Assembly: GCA_951406725.2 (NCBI GenBank)
Contig: OX597835.1
Coordinates: 40,610,001 to 40,674,000 of the forward strand
Length of the DNA stretch: 64,000 nucleotides
Origin: Octopus vulgaris
Lineage: Eukaryota
Direction of reading: 5' to 3'
Below the pieces are notes generated by a model. That model was not told the DNA's origin, made no database searches, and saw only the letters and a list, made by a program, of their open reading frames with translations. Positions 1 through 13,528 of this stretch are shown here, piece after piece; position 1 is the stretch's first letter; every line of letters starts with the position of its first letter. The position numbers and the translations under genes are program-made.

Positions 1-727
1 ATGTTCTTTGCATTGGATTTATCAACTCTTATTCAGTGGTTTTCAAACATAAAATTCCAGGACCCTCCCCAAATTGGCACCTCTCCCTTCCAAAATTGGC
101 ACACTTCCATATCATTGTTTTTTCACCCTTGTGTTTTAAGAAGTTTGAAAATTTGGAAACTGTTTTAATTTTTATTAAACATGGCACTTTGTGTTTCCAA
201 CCTTCAATCTTCATGGCCCAACACTCAGCCCTGACAAGCATTGCACTAACTTAATATATTCTAAATCATTTATTAAGCAAGTAAAAGAAACCTGTTTGTA
301 TATTATAAAGTATAGTTTAAAACTTAGACTTTTAACTACTACTACAAACACCAGACAGGTGAGCCTCTATGTGGACACTATATCTGTTAGAACTAGCAGC
401 CAACTTTCAGATACTATACTGTCTAAAGAATGGAAGGACACATTGAATATACAGAAAAGCAGGATGACCATGACTAGAAAGTCTTTGGTTATAGGATTTT
501 TAAGCAGCAACACCACTCCCTGCTGGCACACACACACTATATTTTGATTCTTGTCATTGTGTGATTGTTATCATCATCAACTGCTTTGTAGTGTTGAAGA
601 TGTCCTGTAGATGTTCTTGGTTTCAGGATGTTTTCAGAGAGGGTAAAATTCAAAAGGATTAGGGCATTATACCCAAGGCCTTGCAATGCTAAAGGAACCT
701 ACTGATGGTATGTAAACTTACCCCAGT

Positions 728-925
728 GTCATGCAAATGGCATCCATGCCAGTGGCATGTAAAAAGCACCCACTACACTCTCGGAATGGTTGACATTAGG
801 AAGGGCATCCAGCTGCAGAAAACCATGCCAAGTCAGACTGGAGTCTGGTGCAGCCTTCCAGTGTGCCAACCCAGTCAAACCATCCAACCCATGCCAGCAT
901 GGACAGCAGACGTTAAATGATGATG
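728..925 (+). mobile_element. RTE LINE 3' UTR fragment (family A)
   Basis: ggaagggcatccagctg...aacccatgccagcatgga...ttaaatgatgatg; homologous to the 7901-8439 copy. Confidence 0.75.
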
Positions 926-1746
926 CCGTTCCCACTGTTTAATTAGTGATCTATTAACGATCTAAGACAGTGCAGAACGGCTAGGTTTATTTGGAAACCA
1001 GATATTTAACCAAGAGTTTGGTGGATCTTATCCTTTTTAACAGTAGCATCTAGTGTTCCATGGGCAATATGTATAAAGCTGGCTCTGCTGTTGTAAAGAA
1101 CAGATGAGGGATCTGCAGCCCCTTGCTGAACAATCTACACAGATGATTTGTTTATAGGGATTAAATGTTTGTGATACTGAAAAGACTCAGAGATCATTGA
1201 AAGCGTATTCCCACCAGACATAATTCACTCAATCATTCAGATCTAGAATTGTAATTAGCTCTACCTTTTATCTCACTACATTTAGAAACTGAAGGGGTAG
1301 TTGAAATCTCACCTTCAGTACTCTGCGGAAGAAAGAGATGTATTTTATGTCTGGCTGAGAAATATAACATTCCAATGCATCTTATTAAGCAAAAACTTGA
1401 AATTCTGACTGTGTGTAGACATATGAACAAATTTCTCTAGGCAAATTCTAGTAGCAGAATAGATGACCACACACACTATTCCAAACAAACTATTGACTAT
1501 AGATACCTAACAACATGATACTGTAGTAATTTCTTCTCTTTGTAGAGAATATATGATGTATTATTACTTTGTCATATACTTAACTACCACTGTTTCTCAG
1601 ATAGTAGTCTCTCTCTCTCATCTGTTATGAATGAGAAACAGACTGGTCATTTCTACACAGATATCCCCCATCTACCCATCAACAGCTCACGAATCCTCCA
1701 CTGCCCATACTCCAGCTGTTATTACTTGATCAAAGCTGACCTTTAA

Positions 1747-1965
1747 CCCGTTAGTATTTAAACCGGCCATATCCAGCCAAAGTAGTTAATCTGTTTTGTG
1801 TTCAAACTGACCAGATGCAGGCTCTCACACCTACCCTACAATGTTATTCTACATTAAGTAATTACACCATCAAACTCTTGAAGATATGAGATAATGCATG
1901 GTTAATTCAAATCAATGTGAATCAATAGGCATTACATTTGATAGAATAATCTGAACACTAAAGGG
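1747..1965. mobile_element. piggyBac-like MITE, family 1
   Basis: TTAA-CCCGTTAGT...ACTAAAGGG-TTAA termini; several homologous copies in the window. Confidence 0.8.
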
Positions 1966-2591
1966 TTAAAAATTGCTAATTCATCATATTCTGTGCTTAA
2001 CATTCCCAAAAACCCCTGCCAGGTCCTGCAAGTTCTGTTATATTTTTTATTACTTGAAATATTGTATGTAGCAGTAAAGTCTTAGTAGTAACTGAATGAA
2101 TCTTTATCTTTGAACATTATATGTATGTATGTGTGTGTGTATAAACAAAAAATGGGTGTAAATGCTCAATAATACTAAGGGAATTATTGTAATGTTTTTA
2201 CACAAAGAGACAAAAACAAATTTTCATTTAAATAATTGTGAATATAAATGTATACATACGTACATATACACACAGGTACAATGCTGATTATTTTGGAAAC
2301 TTTGGTTCCAAAGCTTCTCTAAGTTATTGATTTTTTCCAAACTAGTGTTGGCCACCTTGGTCAACACACTCTAAATTAAATATTAAATTTACCTAAATAA
2401 TTAAATGAAATACAGACACCTGTACATTAGTGCACATAATATGAAGTTCTGGACCATTAGTGTCCAAACAGAAAATTAGTGGTTGGCATTGTACCAGTGT
2501 GTTTTGTGTGTGTGTGTGTATATTAGACAGATAGTGTATTAGTGTATGTATATAATGTATGTATAATGTAAATGTGTTTCCCTTCTTTCAG

Positions 2592-2696
2592 ACTTATGCT
2601 GCTGAAGGCAGGTTTACATTCACATCTCATTTAGCAGGTGAACATTTAGTATGTCTTCACTCCAATTCCTCTGCTTGGTTTTCCAGTGGTCAGTTG
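2592..2696 (+). CDS. TMED9: p24-alpha family (TMED4/TMED9-like) internal exon, GOLD domain
   Basis: ttcag acceptor, gtaagt donor, 105 nt in phase 0: [35 protein letters not shown], matching the p24-alpha [19 protein letters not shown] motif. TMED4 and TMED9 cannot be distinguished (probably co-ortholog). Confidence 0.93.
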
Positions 2697-3564
2697 GTAA
2701 GTCCTACCAATTTCTTTTATTTTTTTTTTATTCTTTGTTGTTTTTGTTTCTCCTTTTATTTCTTTTTCCCCATTTTCCTTTTTCTCGTCTCCACTTCCTT
2801 TTATGGTAATCTGACAGAATTGCTAGCACGTTGGGCAAAATGCTTAGCATTTCTTCTGGCCCTTTATGTACTTAGGTCAAGCCCTTTCAGGGTCCTCTTT
2901 GCCTTTCATTCTTTTGGAGTCAACAAAATAAAGTTCCTAGTCAAATATGGGGGTTGATGTAATTGATTTACCCCTTCCCTTAAAAATTGCTGGCTTTGTG
3001 TTAAAATTTGAAGCCACTATTTTATTATTATTATTATTATTCTATGTTTGACTTTTGCTTTACATTTGCACAAGCTGGCTCCAAGTCTCACCCAGAGACC
3101 TCAAGAGACAACAAATTGTTGGTGTTATGCTTAGGGTGCCATATAATTGGCTTTGTACTTAGTGTTGTACTAGTGAATGTCTAAAAAAACCATACGAAAA
3201 TTATGTTTGTTTTAAAACTTGAGATTACATAGAAAGTATTTTGCGTAGGATATGAGCAGTTCCCATGAGCACTATCTTTTGAATTTCTGCCATTTTGGGG
3301 TTTCCTGGTATCTGAGTTAGGTAGCAATCATTCCCAGGGCACCTATGACAACAGGTATTGTTTTAGTCTTCAGGTTCCACATTTTGCTGATTTCTATTTC
3401 CAGATTTTATATTTGCTCAGTTTCTATTATTATTATGATTATTATTATTATTATTAGTGTTGTGTGTGATTAGTGTTGGCCACATCTTTCCTTTTCATTC
3501 TTTTGAGGTCAACAAAGGAACAGTCAATCTCTGTTACCTTCTTAGTTACATTCTAAAGTTATAC

Positions 3565-3742
3565 TGACCCATAAAGGCCGGTTTCATGGTATATAGATTC
3601 CCCTCCTGGGTGTGACGTCGGTCTGTTGCAGGATTACTCACTTTTGCCAGCTGAGTGGAACGGGAGCAATGTGAAATAAAGTTTTTTTGCTCAAGAACAC
3701 TTGTTGCCCAGTCCAGGAATCAAAACCACACTCTTACGATCC
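3565..3742 (-). mobile_element. tRNA-derived SINE fragment (family D)
   Basis: Similar to 59185-59410 and 36615-36928 (ttcttgagcaa...ccactcagctggcaaaa). Confidence 0.6.
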
Positions 3743-4032
3743 TGTGATAAATGCGTACACACACAATGGGCTTCTATACAGTTTCCTTCTATCAAATTGC
3801 ACTTACAAGGCATTGATGAAACCAAGAATAGTAAAAGAAACTTTTTTTTTTAAGTGCCTGCAGTGAGATTGAACCCCAAAAGTATGTGGTTGCAGTGTTA
3901 GTTTCTTAACCACACAGCCATGACTCATCCTTGCAAAATTGTTGACTTTGCAAATAGTAAAAAAAAAGCCAAACCCCCCCAAAAACCAATTCTGTTCTTA
4001 AAATACTGACAAGGTTTGTTGTGTCTTTTCAG

Positions 4033-4179
4033 AGGGTCCATCTTGACATCCAGGTTGGTGAACATGCCATTGATTATACACAGATTCAAACAAAAGATAA
4101 GTTGAGTGAGCTGGAACTTCGAATTCGGCAATTGTTGGATCAAGTGGAACAGGTTACTAAAGAACAAAATTACCAACGG
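4033..4179 (+). CDS. TMED9: p24-alpha exon, coiled-coil region
   Basis: tttcag acceptor, gtgagt donor, 147 nt: [49 protein letters not shown]. Confidence 0.95.
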
Positions 4180-4390
4180 GTGAGTATCTCGTATGATTGG
4201 TTCTGGTGTGAGTCTCTCTCTAATGTGTAACTCAGGTCTGAGTACCAAACCAAAGAGTGTCTTGGTATCTCTCTTGCACTTGTTTGATTCATTCAAGAAA
4301 CAACCAAGTTTCTTTCTTTTACACAGTTCAGCCATTACAAGTTGATGTATGAAAGCGAAAATAGGAATTTTGGAAAGAAATATCTATAAA

Positions 4391-4733
4391 TCATCATCAT
4401 CATCATCATCATTGTTTAGCGTCCGCTTTCCATGCTATCATGGGTTGGATGGTTCAACTGGGGTATGGGAAGCCAGGAGGCTGCGCCAGGCCCAGTCTGA
4501 TCTGGCAATGTTTCTACGGCTGGATGCCCTTCCTAACGCCAACCACTCCGTGAGTGTAGTGGGTGCTTTTACGTGCCACCGGCACAGGTGCCAGGCGAGG
4601 CTGGCAAACGGCCACGATCGGATGGTGCTTTTTACGTGCCATCGGCATGAGGCCAGCCAGGGCGGCAACGGCCACGTTCGGATGGTTCTCTTACGTGTCA
4701 CCGGCACTGGTATCACAGCTGCAATTTCCATGT
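4391..4733 (-). mobile_element. RTE LINE 3' UTR (family A)
   Basis: (CAT)n tail then gtttagcgtccgctttccatgct...ggatgcccttcctaacgccaaccactcc. Confidence 0.8.
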
Positions 4734-5365
4734 ATTTTTAAACCTCAAAAGGCTATGGAAAAATATAAAATGGTTGAGGACCGCTGCTTTAAATACTGAA
4801 TCCAAATCTTACCAAGGCCAGCTGTGTCTTTCATCCTTTCCCCACTCCACAATAGTAAAAGAAAAAGATTCAAGCCTTGTGCAGATGGTAGGAAATTATT
4901 CTTGTATATTCTCCAGTGGGTTGCTAGAACTGTCAGAACAAGGAATGAAATACTTTGCAGTTTTCAATTGGGTTTCTGTATACTCAGAGCCAAAATCCAA
5001 CTGTGGCACCACCTCAAAGTATTCCGTCAAATGAATCCATCCCAGTACTTACTTTTAAAGTCCGGTTCGTATTCTGTCAGTCATTTCAGCCAAACCACCA
5101 AGTTGCAAGGCTGTAAACAAACTACTTCTAGTTATCAAGCAGTGCAGGAGGACAAACACACACACAAACATATGTTAGGTTTCCATACAGTTTCTGTCTT
5201 TCAAATTCACTCACAAGGCTTTGGTTGGTCTGTGGCTTTAGTAGTGACACTTGCCCAAGGTGCTGTACAGTGGGACTGAACCCAAAATCAAATGTTTGCA
5301 AAGTAAGCTTCTTTAATACTCATTTTTCTTTTTATGTTTGTGTAAGATTCTTTCTAATTCATTAA

Positions 5366-5583
5366 CCCTTTCGTTATCAACCTGGCTGAAACCGGCTCTG
5401 GTTCTGAGTACAAATATTTTGTTTTCATAAGTTTTGAATTAAAATCTTCCACCAAGCCTTAGTCACACTTTGTTCCTAACACCAGCTGAATGATAACTAA
5501 GTTATTTTACTAAATTCTTTGTTATATATAAAGTAATTGAAACAAACACAGAGCATCTCAAAATAAATACAGTAACGAAAGGG
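5366..5583. mobile_element. piggyBac-like MITE, family 2
   Basis: TTAA-CCCTTTCGTTA...TAACGAAAGGG-TTAA; very similar copy at 44746-44966. Confidence 0.85.
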
Positions 5584-5819
5584 TTAAGGGCCACGTGAAC
5601 TGCGTTGTTGGGTCAGAGTGAAACTTATTTTATTGTCAGACAAGAGTTATGTACCTTCCTCTGCGATGCACACCACAAACTTATGGCTGTGGTAAGATTT
5701 GATCTTGTAACCATGTAGTTAGTATAGAGGGACCCCTTAATCTTAAGCCATGATGCCAGCCTCATTTATTTTTGTCTACTAGTAAAACGGCAGCGAAACA
5801 TGGGCTCTCAATACTACCA

Positions 5820-6035
5820 TCGTGGTTGCCCTCATTGTAGCCTCACTGAAAATAGAACAAATTATGCTCAGCATCACATTGCAGGATAAGAAACCCAAAA
5901 CCTGGATGCAACAGTATTTGAGGGTTAATGACATCATAAGACCCATCAAGGAGATCAAATACAGGTGGGCTGAGCACATCGGGCGACCGAAGGACAAGAG
6001 ATGGACAATCAGGGCGATGGAATGGATACCAAGAT
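5820..6035 (+). mobile_element. RTE-clade LINE ORF C-terminal relic
   Basis: IEQIMLSITLQDK...KYRWAEHIGRPKDKRWTIRAMEWIPR resembles RTE KW.WAGH..R..D.RWT...W.PR. Confidence 0.7.
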
Positions 6036-6564
6036 TGTTCTATTATAGCTTAAATATAGCCATTTTCCATTGATATTTTGTATTAGTATTTTTCATTGAT
6101 AAAATATATTCGTAGTCTTCATTGTTAAAAGAATTTTCCATTTGTTTATTATTAGTTTAGTTAATGACATGATTTTTGAAAGCTAAGTAAACCTTTTTAT
6201 TAAAGTTATTTTAATAATTTGTTATTTTGTATTATATTGGATACTATATATAACTAAGGATTGATAATTTGATTGTATAAGTATTTAGTTGTTGAAGATA
6301 TGTATTTCATTATTAGATTATAACTATACGGTTTTTGTAAGTTACTAATTGGCCAACGAGATATATTGATCGTTAAATAGTTATACAGTTTTTTAAAGAT
6401 AGGTTATACGTTTATAATTTGCTTTTTCATCTTTAATTTCTTAATATAATTTGTAAATAATAATGGAATAATTAATTTATTTAGTTTTCATTATACATAT
6501 ATATATTTATTGATAGAGAAAATTTTAGATCTTAATTATTATATTTATTGATAATAATTTGATT

Positions 6565-6722
6565 TACACTCACGGAGTGGTTGGCGTTAGGAAGGGCATC
6601 CAGCTGTAGAAACATTGCTAGATAAGATTGGAGCCTGCTGCAGCCTTCTGGCCTCCCAGATCCCTGGTTGAACCGTCCAACCCATGCTAGCATGGAGAAC
6701 GGATGTTAAACAATGATGATGA
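6565..6722 (+). mobile_element. RTE LINE 3' UTR fragment (family A)
   Basis: cacggagtggttggcgttaggaagggcatcc...aaacaatgatgatg. Confidence 0.75.
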
Positions 6723-7757
6723 ATTTAGTTATTATTCTTAAATATTTTATCATTATTAGATTTGAACTTAAATTTAAAAATATGAATAGTGATTATTTCT
6801 TTGTTAAATAATTTGGTAATTAGATATTGACTATAACTTAGATTAGGTTATTCGTGAGTTTATTAGGTTTTTATAGCCATTTTATATCTTGCTAGATAAA
6901 TACATTTTCTATCTATTTTTACCTTAAAAATTGATATTTAACATTATAATTGGATTGTATGACATAATCCTAATCGTTAAAGTTTCTAATTTGATAATAG
7001 TTTTTTATAAGAAAAATTATTATTTTATTTATTTCTTAAAAAAAATATTGTTTAAATATATTTGCTTATTTATTTAACTATTATCTTTAACCTGAAGATT
7101 GACTATGATTATAATTTGAATTTTTAATTGAATTTAAATTATTGTAATTCGAATTGGGTTATGGCCATGAAACGTATGTAGTGGTTTTGCTTATTATATT
7201 ATATTAAACTTTTTAATACCTTTTTGATAGTTATATATAAAAAAAAGGGGAAAAAATATATAAATATTAAAAAATTAAAAGTTTAAAAAATTTATAAATT
7301 TAAAATTTTTAAAATATTAAAAAATATAAAAATTTATAAATATAAATTAAAAATTTTAAATTTAAATAATTTAATTTTAAATTTTATATATTTTGTATAT
7401 TATATTAATTATATTTATTTTTATGTTTTGGTTTATGTTTTTCACTGTTTGATTTGCCTAATAGTGGTTTTATCTCTAATTTAATTTTATATATATATAT
7501 ATATTTATTTATTTATTTGTGTGTGTGTATGTTTGTCCTCCACCACTGCTTGACAGGTTTGTTTATGTACCTGTAACTTAGCAGTTCAGCAAAAGAGACT
7601 GGTAGAATGAGTAGTAGGCTTTAAAAGGATTAGTACTGGCATTGATTCATTGGACTAAAATTCTTCAAAGCAGTGCCCCAGCATGGCCACAGTCTACTGG
7701 CTGAAATAGATACAAGATGAAAGATAAATTTCTGCCTCCTGGTTTGTCATGAATTAA

Positions 7758-8507
7758 CCCTTTAGCATTTAAATCTGCCATTATCTGGCCACAATATTCT
7801 ACCTACTGGCCATATCTGGACTCTCATAGCAACCTTACAGTATCATTCTAAAATCAGCAGTAATTCTTCAAAATCTCAAAGCTACTACATAATGCATAAT
7901 CATCATCGGTTAGCGTCCGCTTTCCATGCTAGCATGGGTTGTACGGTTCAACTGGGGTCTGGGAAGCCAGAAGGCTGCACCAGGCTCCAGCCTGATCTGG
8001 CAGTTTTTCTGTGGCTGGATGCCCTTCCTAATGCCAACCACTCCGCGAGTGTAGCGGGTGCTTTTTATGTGCCACCGAAACAGGTGCCAGACGAGGCTGG
8101 CAAACGGCCACGTTCGGATGGTTCTCTTACGTGCCCCCGGCACTGGTATCACAGCTACAATTTCCATTGATGTTGATCGCTTTCGATTTTGATTCTGATT
8201 TCTGATTTCTCACTTGCCTCAACAGATCTTCACAAGTAGAGTTTTGTGTCCCAAGAAGGGAAGGTATGCATAAATGGACCGGCTACATCCCAGGCAGGGG
8301 CCACGGGTTTTGGTCTCACTAGTCCTGCCGGGTCTTCTCACGCACAGCATACTTCCATAGGTCTCGGTCTCTAGTCATTTCCTCGGTGAGACCTAAAGTT
8401 CGAAGGTCGTGCTTCACCACCTCGTCCCAGGTTTTCCTGACTAATACAAAACAATGTGAATAAATAAGCATTACTTTTGACAGAGATTACTTTGAATGCT
8501 TAAAGAA
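7758..8507. mobile_element. piggyBac-like MITE family 1, split by an RTE insertion
   Basis: TTAA-CCCTTTAGCATTTAAA at 7758; MITE sequence resumes near 8441 and ends aatgcttaaagaa-TTAA. Confidence 0.7.
7901..8439 (-). mobile_element. 5'-truncated RTE LINE (ORF end plus 3' UTR)
   Basis: Minus strand reads RKTWDEVVKHDLRTLGLTEEMTRDRDLWKYAVREKTRQD*, then the family A UTR and (ATG)n tail. Confidence 0.85.
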
Positions 8508-8539
8508 TTAAATTTCTTTTTTGCTCCTTCTAATTGCAG

Positions 8540-8689
8540 TTTCGTGAAGAAAGGTTCCGAATGACCAGTGAAAGCACCAATCAGAGAGTTTTATGGTGGT
8601 CTATTGCTCAAACCATTATCCTTATAATAACAGGGTTCTGGCAGATGAGACACTTAAAGAGTTTCTTTGAGGCTAAGAAACTTGTTTAA
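8540..8689 (+). CDS. TMED9: p24-alpha last coding exon, TM helix and dilysine tail
   Basis: ttgcag acceptor; [49 protein letters not shown] then TAA. FF and KKxx COP-binding motifs. Absent from the ORF track. Confidence 0.95.
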   Translation, partial: FREERFRMTSESTNQRVLWWSIAQTIILIITGFWQMRHLKSFFEAKKLV

Positions 8690-9034
8690 TTCTGTTTTCA
8701 TCATGGAAAAAAAAAAACCTTTATGAACATTTTTTTTTAATGATTTTTTTTTTTTATTATTATTTTTTAATGAACTTAATTTTACTAAATTATTTAAATA
8801 TTTTAACCCTTAGTATTGGAAGAGTTAATTTGTTTTTTGTTTGTTTATTTATATATTTTTGTTTTTGTTTCCTGATCTGATCCTCTTCCTCCTCCTCCTC
8901 CTCATACCATCATTGTACATTTTCTCAAACATCTCTGTTGTAACACACGATGCCAACAAGGAGTCAAAAAAAAAAAAAGTTTCCCCCATTTTTTCATAGT
9001 TGGTCTGAGAAAAGAAAAAAAAATGAATTTCAAA

Positions 9035-9046
9035 AATAAAAATAAA
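9035..9046 (+). terminator. Probable polyadenylation signals of the TMED gene
   Basis: Tandem AATAAA AATAAA about 350 nt after the stop, followed by a T-rich downstream tract. Confidence 0.5.
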
Positions 9047-9269
9047 AATGTTTTTCAGGGTTTTTCTTTTCCTTTCTTTTCTTTTGGAATTATCTCAACA
9101 GACAACAAAAGGTTTCACATTTATTGTTTAGCCCCAGGCCAACCTGTTCCAGCTGATCAGTGATCAAAAGTGCTCCAGCTATGACCATCCTGAGTTTTTA
9201 TTTTCTGGCAGAGTGTATCTTGGACTATTTTACACCAGAGGTACCAATGTAAGTGTGATTTGACTGCAG

Positions 9270-10400
9270 TCATTAAAAAAAAGAGGATGGACACGGATTG
9301 TATAGACAATAAAAAGACAGGATGGTCATAGTTGGAACATCTTTGATTAGTCGACCTTCAACTAAACTACTAACAAAGTTTCTTGATGGTTCATACATTA
9401 TTTTATGGTTTACGCAATTGTTCATTTTTAGACACAGCTTGGTTGGTCCAAAATGGAGTGGCTCTCCTTTTTTCTTTAACTGTAATCTGTCCAGTAGTTT
9501 TTTTGATAAAGAATGTACCATAAAGGCTGGATTTAAATTTGGCATGTTTGGTGTCACATGATAGTGAAAATTGACCTTAATTCTTGGATTCTGTAGGCAT
9601 TGCTGGAAGGTGCTGAGTCTTTTTAAAAACATATATGGCCCCTGCCATTGCATACTTCATCCAGCCAGGCTCATCAACCGTCTTCAGCATCTCAACACAA
9701 CCAGCAGCATTAATTCTAAGACCCTGTGAAAAGATGCGAGATGACATGGCAGTCCTTTGTTACTCATCACTCATAAAAACCATCATTTGTTGGAAACTTG
9801 GTGAGCATCACTCAGGGGATGTCAGACTAATCTGCACAGAAGAATCTGTCATTTCTCCTGGTAGACTTTAAGTCTTAGTTAAAATTTTTCCCATGAGAGA
9901 AGAAGCAAAGCTTGCCATGTTTGTGAGGATATTTTAACCTTGTTAAGTAACCACTCGGCACAGAACAAACAATCTCCTACGTCTCTGCAGACACAAATTG
10001 ACCTCTCTTCAGTACATACACTTTGTTATCAAATATCCTTGTATGCCACAGTTCTAATAGTCCACTCCAACATCTGAAGTTCTTTTGGCAATGGTCCTCT
10101 TCGACTTTCCAGCATCATCACTGATAATATTTGGAACCTGTCAGATGAGTTACTGTGTCCTTATAGCGTTTGAAAGTTTAGAATGTTTTGTATTTCTTTG
10201 AATGTTTAGAATGTTTTTTTTTTTCCTATTTCTTTGATACAGTTGAAAGATTCCTGTAATAAGCTTCTGATTCCATCTGAACTTTCCATTCCAAAGCTCC
10301 TGCAACATGGAGAAAGTTGCCAATGTCTGAATCAGTGTTCTACAAACATGGCAACAATGACTGCCTGTCTTCTTCATTTCTTGTATCAGTATTTTATTTG
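9270..10400 (-). mobile_element. Highly decayed LINE (RTE-like) relic
   Basis: Non-repetitive-looking tract with broken minus-strand frames loosely resembling RT and RTE C-terminal regions; many stops. Confidence 0.35.
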
Positions 10401-10460
10401 CCGTGGGAGATCTAAAAGAAAGAAAAAGAAACTTTTAATTGCACCCTATATCTATCTATC

Positions 10461-10499
<39 letters not shown>

Positions 10500-10500
<1 letters not shown>

Positions 10501-10795
10501 GAGGCGCAATGGCCCAGTGGTTAGGGCAGCAGACTCGTAGGATCGCGGTTTTGATTCCCAGACCGGGTGTTGTGAGTGTTTATTGAGTGAAAACACGTAA
10601 AAGCTCCACGAAGATCTGGCAGGGAGTGTTGGCGATCCCTGCTGTACTCTTTCGCCACAACTTTCTCTCACTCTTTCGTCTGTTGGCCTGCTCGCTTAGC
10701 CAGCGGGGTGACGTCATTTAAAGGCTAAAACAATGCGAAGTGCATTGTGACCAGCGATGTATAGCAACATCTGAGAACCTGGTCGATCACGGTGA
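10500..10795 (+). mobile_element. tRNA-derived SINE (family D)
   Basis: Box A-like tggcccagtgg and box B-like ggttttgattccc; body shared with 36615-36928. Confidence 0.8.
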
Positions 10796-12219
10796 TATAT
10801 ATATATATACACACATTTAACGCCAGTTTTCCAAGTTGGCATCATACACACACAGACATAAACACACAATAACTTTCCTTCAGCTTCTGTTCAGAAAATT
10901 CCATAACAAGGTTCACATGGCCCAGGGCTATAGTACAAGACACTCAAGGTGCCACACCAATGGACCAATCCAATACCATGTGGTTATGAAGTGAACTTCT
11001 CAATTACACAGCCTTGCCTGCATCTAAACACACACACACCTATATTTTAGTATTTAAATGTTTGAATATAGATTTTTTAATGCATAACAAAAGAGATATG
11101 GCAAACTAGAAGTGTTGTCCAGTCAATTCTATTTTCCGTCACAGTTCCAAGAGAGATCCATCCCAATCTTGACCGCTTTCTCTCACAGATCTACATGATC
11201 AAGGTTTAACGCAAATAACAACACTCAAAAGAGCTATACTTAGTAGAGTGTGAGTGGAGTTTGGAAAAATGGTACCACTTTCTGTGTCAACATAATTAAA
11301 AATAAGTCCCTTATTCCTATGGTTCAACTGAAGTATGAGGAAATAGAAAAATGTAAAGTAATTGTTTGGGCCCAGTTCAGCCTTGATCGACGGTTCTCAC
11401 CATCCCATCTTTTTCTAAGCATTATGTACATTAAATTACAATATTTAATGTAGGATATGATCTGAAGGAGATCTGGCTATTACTTACAGCGTGTCAAACA
11501 TGAGTGGGTAACTTTTTAATGACCAAAAGCAAATTAAAACAAGTTTACAAATCCCAAGACACCAGAGATACCACAGAGTAGAAGGGTTTAAATCGAATGG
11601 AGCTTCTTACCTTGAATCTTGATAATGTTGATCGTTTTACTTCACAAAACTGAGATATATTAGATGGGACTATCAATTCAATTCTTTGTCAGTTTGCAAG
11701 ATTGACATTGTTATCTACAGGTCTTGCATGCAACTGGTTCTTGAGCAAATTCCATGTCAATAAAAATGTCCATTAGTATCAGTCAGCAGGAGAAATTTTC
11801 AATGTAGAATTCCTCCAGAAGTGGAAAATATTTTAATATCAGCAGAAGAATTTATAAAATTTCAAATTTGGATACCAAAATTTTATTCATACTAATAATA
11901 TTTTATTAATACTCCGGTTGCAAAGAACCTGGAACTAAATCTAATGTCGCATCAAAAGGAATTTTAATGGTGTTTGAAAATGAACTGAAAAGATTAAAAT
12001 ACTCTGCAGCAGACTCCACCATTGGTTCTATCTTTCAGTGTTGGTAAACTGTGCCAGATATTCTAAGGCTCAATGCCTTTCCTGTCATCAAACCATACCT
12101 ATTTCCAAGCAAGGTATTATTTTCCTATGGTCAACCATATTTTTCACAGAAGACTGGAAAAGTACTCTGCTGTATGTATTCCAACCAAGGATGCCTCTGT
12201 CGGTATCACTGCCACCAAC

Positions 12220-12512
12220 AAATGCAAATATATGGGAAACTACCACCTGTGTCATCTCTTGTGAAAGGTAGGGGAGTCCAGTTTGCTGGACATTGTTGTA
12301 GAGCTGAAAAAGAAGTAATTTCTACTCTTCTCCTCTGGAAGCCATCTACTCGCAATACCAGAGGGTGCACACTCTCCTACCCTGATGTAATCTCCAGGGA
12401 TACAGGCATCCAGCAACAGGACCTCCGTAATGCTATGATGGACCGTGAAGTCTGGCGTAACATAGTAAATTCCATTGTCTCGACCACGGTCAAACAATGA
12501 TGAATGATGATG
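12220..12512 (+). mobile_element. RTE-clade LINE 3' end
   Basis: IYGKLPPVS...VQFAGHCCRAEKEVISTLLLWKP...YPDVISRDTGIQQQDLRNAMMDREVWRNIV followed by an (ATG)n tail. Confidence 0.8.
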
Positions 12513-12964
12513 ATACCACCAACAGTGACTAAATGAACGACCTGTTGCAAAGGAAGACCTTCAAACAACCACAACTATTATACACAAAAACAAAAACCAA
12601 CAAAGACAGTACTATTTTAAAAAAAACAAACAAACAAATTTAAAGACAAAATTCCAAAAATAAACAAACACACGAAAGTTGTAAAAATTTGATATTTTAT
12701 AATCCAGAAATACAATTAATTAATGAATTAATTAATAAATTAATTAACCCTTCAGATATGAGGAAGTGTATAAGGCAACATCTATGATAAAGGATAGGAA
12801 AATATAGCTGCATAAATAATAGAAATAAAACTAAGGAGAGAAGAATAAAGGGCAACGAAACGGAAGGAAAACTGTTGAATAAATAAAGGAAGTCAGAAGA
12901 TGTGAAGAGTTGAGGAGCTTATTGAGTATTATAACAGATGCATCTTGACTATAGAGAATAAATT

Positions 12965-13352
12965 TGTATGTGTGTGTGTGTGTGTGTATATACATACATA
13001 GATAGCTACATATATATATGTATATATATATATACATACATATATACATATACATACATATATATATACATATACATACATACATATATATATACATATA
13101 CACATATATATACATATACACATACATATATATACATACATATACACATATATATATATACATACATATACACATATATATATACATACATATATATATA
13201 TACATACATATACATACATATATATATATACATATACATATATATATACATATACATATATATATACATATACATATATATATACATATACATATATACA
13301 TATACATATATATATACATATATATATATACATACATATATATATATACATA

Positions 13353-13388
<36 letters not shown>

Positions 13389-13468
13389 CATATACATACA
13401 TATGTGTATATATATATATGTGTATGTATGTATATATATATATATATACATATACATATGTGTATATA

Positions 13469-13528
<60 letters not shown>

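Noticed and set aside
2559-2957. 132-aa ORF as a whole gene
   Set aside because: Only 2592-2696 is exon; the rest is read-through into intron and a SINE
7251-7394. Almost pure A/T tract as a possible organellar insertion
   Set aside because: No recognisable mitochondrial gene, tRNA or rRNA nearby; low complexity is a sufficient explanation
10500-10575. tRNA gene
   Set aside because: Boxes A and B are present, but there is no full cloverleaf and it continues into a SINE body
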